Assembly: GCA_038087875.1 (NCBI GenBank)
Contig: CM075989.1
Span: 14,880,001 to 14,944,000 of the forward strand
Source: Malacoraja senta
Lineage: Eukaryota
Direction: 5' to 3'
Length of the DNA stretch: 64,000 nucleotides
The position numbers and the translations under genes are program-made. Below the pieces are notes generated by a model, which was not told where the DNA came from, did no database searches, and worked only from the letters and a program-made list of their open reading frames with translations. Below are positions 62,579 through 64,000 of this stretch, in pieces (the first letter of the stretch is position 1; the number at the start of each line of letters is the position of its first letter).

Positions 62579-64000
62579 TAGTTTTTTTCAGTTTTTTTTA
62601 TTCAATAATTTGATTCATCAGTTACTATTTCCACATTTTTGGAAGTCCCATTGAATAGAAATACAACAATCTCACACATTTGGATCTCATTGTTATCCAC
62701 TTGGTCAATAACCTCAGTCCATGGAACATCTGAGATAGGCCCTTATTACTCGACGAGGTTGCAATTAAACTCGCGACAATCAATGCTATTATTGCAAATG
62801 TCACGGCCGATCAAGCATTTTTCACAAAATGGATTAGAGCTGGAAAACAGTTGCATTTATAAATGGGCATAGTCTGCAAGAACAGAGACAGAACTTATCT
62901 CCATCCACCAGCAAGAGAAACTCCTGGGGTTCCAGAGGTCAACAGGCAGTGACTCGAGCAAGTGCCTGAAGCAATCCATTCCATTTAACCCCCACCTGGA
63001 ATTTTGTGAAAAGACTGAGGGAACCAACTGATTTGGCATATAATAAACCAGCTTAGATTTTATACACGGAAGGCAAATTCCCAATAAAAGTTTATCCAAG
63101 GTAAAATCAACAATTTATAGTAGGGGGAAAACCCCACCCAAATAAGGTCAAAAGCAATTTAAACAATTATCAATAAATATAGCAAATTCTGCAGCATGCT
63201 CTTCAATTCTGGTGACCATTCTGAATTCTGGCCATTCTGGTGACAAAAGCAGAAACTAACTGAATATTAACTTTGACCCGTTATTATCAGACAGGGAAGT
63301 GAGGAAGCTAAAGGACAGGAATGCTTTATTTATTTATTTATTAGCCATTTAATTTTTGTGTTTTCATAATTATCTTTTCTTGTTTTTAATAATTTTCTAA
63401 CATGATAATCGCACCACTTTGCTGCTGATCCATTTAAATTACAACTCCAACATCTGTATTTTAAAGTTTTACACATTCGAATGTTACCATGTGAAGGAAA
63501 AACATTTTAAAAATGTGGACAGCCATTTATTGACAGGTATTCTGTTTATTTTAATTCTTTTGATTTGAAACTATCTTAACATTAACAGTGTGAAGAAATG
63601 AACCAGGTGAAAAGGAGTCAGGTGATGGAGGTGTGATATGAAATGAAGGTCTAGGTACAAATGCATTAATTTTAGCTTGTTATATTAAATTAAACTTGTA
63701 GCTGTTTTGTTTCTGCTACAAGACAGGCATCAAGAGGAAATAAAGCAACAAAAAAAGATGCTGGAACAGAAACAGAACCCAATCAATGATTAGGTTTAGT
63801 TCCACACTCGCGTTCATTATCCTGGACAGTATTTTGCCTGGTTAAATGGTCAGCTGCCAGCCACCTGCTATGGCTGGAATGGCCACAGATGGTCAGTTGT
63901 CCAGTTAGCAGTTAAGAATGTGCTGTTGTTCCCACCTCACATGGGGATTGGGGCCATTGACAGGGATACGTGCATCTCAGCTCATCACCAAGCAACAGTC

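Larger units (their letters stand above)
37863..64000 (-). other. PRTG: Large PRTG intron (>26 kb, runs off the window edge)
   Basis: The exon at 37767-37862 is an internal phase-1 exon, and I found no upstream FN3/Ig-coding exon before the window end. Confidence 0.7.

Noticed and set aside
60-63099. Remaining short ORFs in the six-frame track
   Set aside because: They derive from SINE, LINE or PLE fragments or random open frames, many with non-ATG starts; no recognisable host proteins other than PRTG.
1-64000. CRISPR array, rRNA or prokaryotic operon
   Set aside because: Sequence is eukaryotic with spliceosomal introns; no regularly spaced repeat-spacer array or rRNA seen.

Overview
This is vertebrate genomic DNA, almost certainly a cartilaginous fish (skate/ray-like), judged from the HE1-type V-SINEs, CR1 LINEs and Penelope-like repeats. 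The only recognisable host gene is protogenin (PRTG) on the minus strand. Its last nine coding exons lie at 26974-37862 and encode FN3 repeats, the TM helix and the cytoplasmic tail. All have AG acceptors, the eight internal exons have GT donors, and the phases join into one reading frame. An inferred ~5.6 kb 3'UTR follows (~21350-26973). Upstream, an apparent >26 kb intron runs off the right edge. The rest is repeat-rich intergenic or intronic DNA. Four observations stand out. (1) A 137-nt TSD-flanked retroposon (13161-13297, minus) whose first 54 nt fold as a complete minimal HDV-like ribozyme starting exactly at the element's 5' end. (2) A bipartite miR-9 site in the PRTG 3'UTR pairing miRNA nt 1-9 and 10-21 around a 14-nt bulge, a candidate for target-directed miRNA degradation (TDMD) or very high affinity. 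(3) A dense cluster of miR-9/let-7/miR-125 sites in that UTR. (4) Many short Penelope-derived inserts carrying minimal hammerhead ribozyme cores. All calls were made by eye, without database searches.
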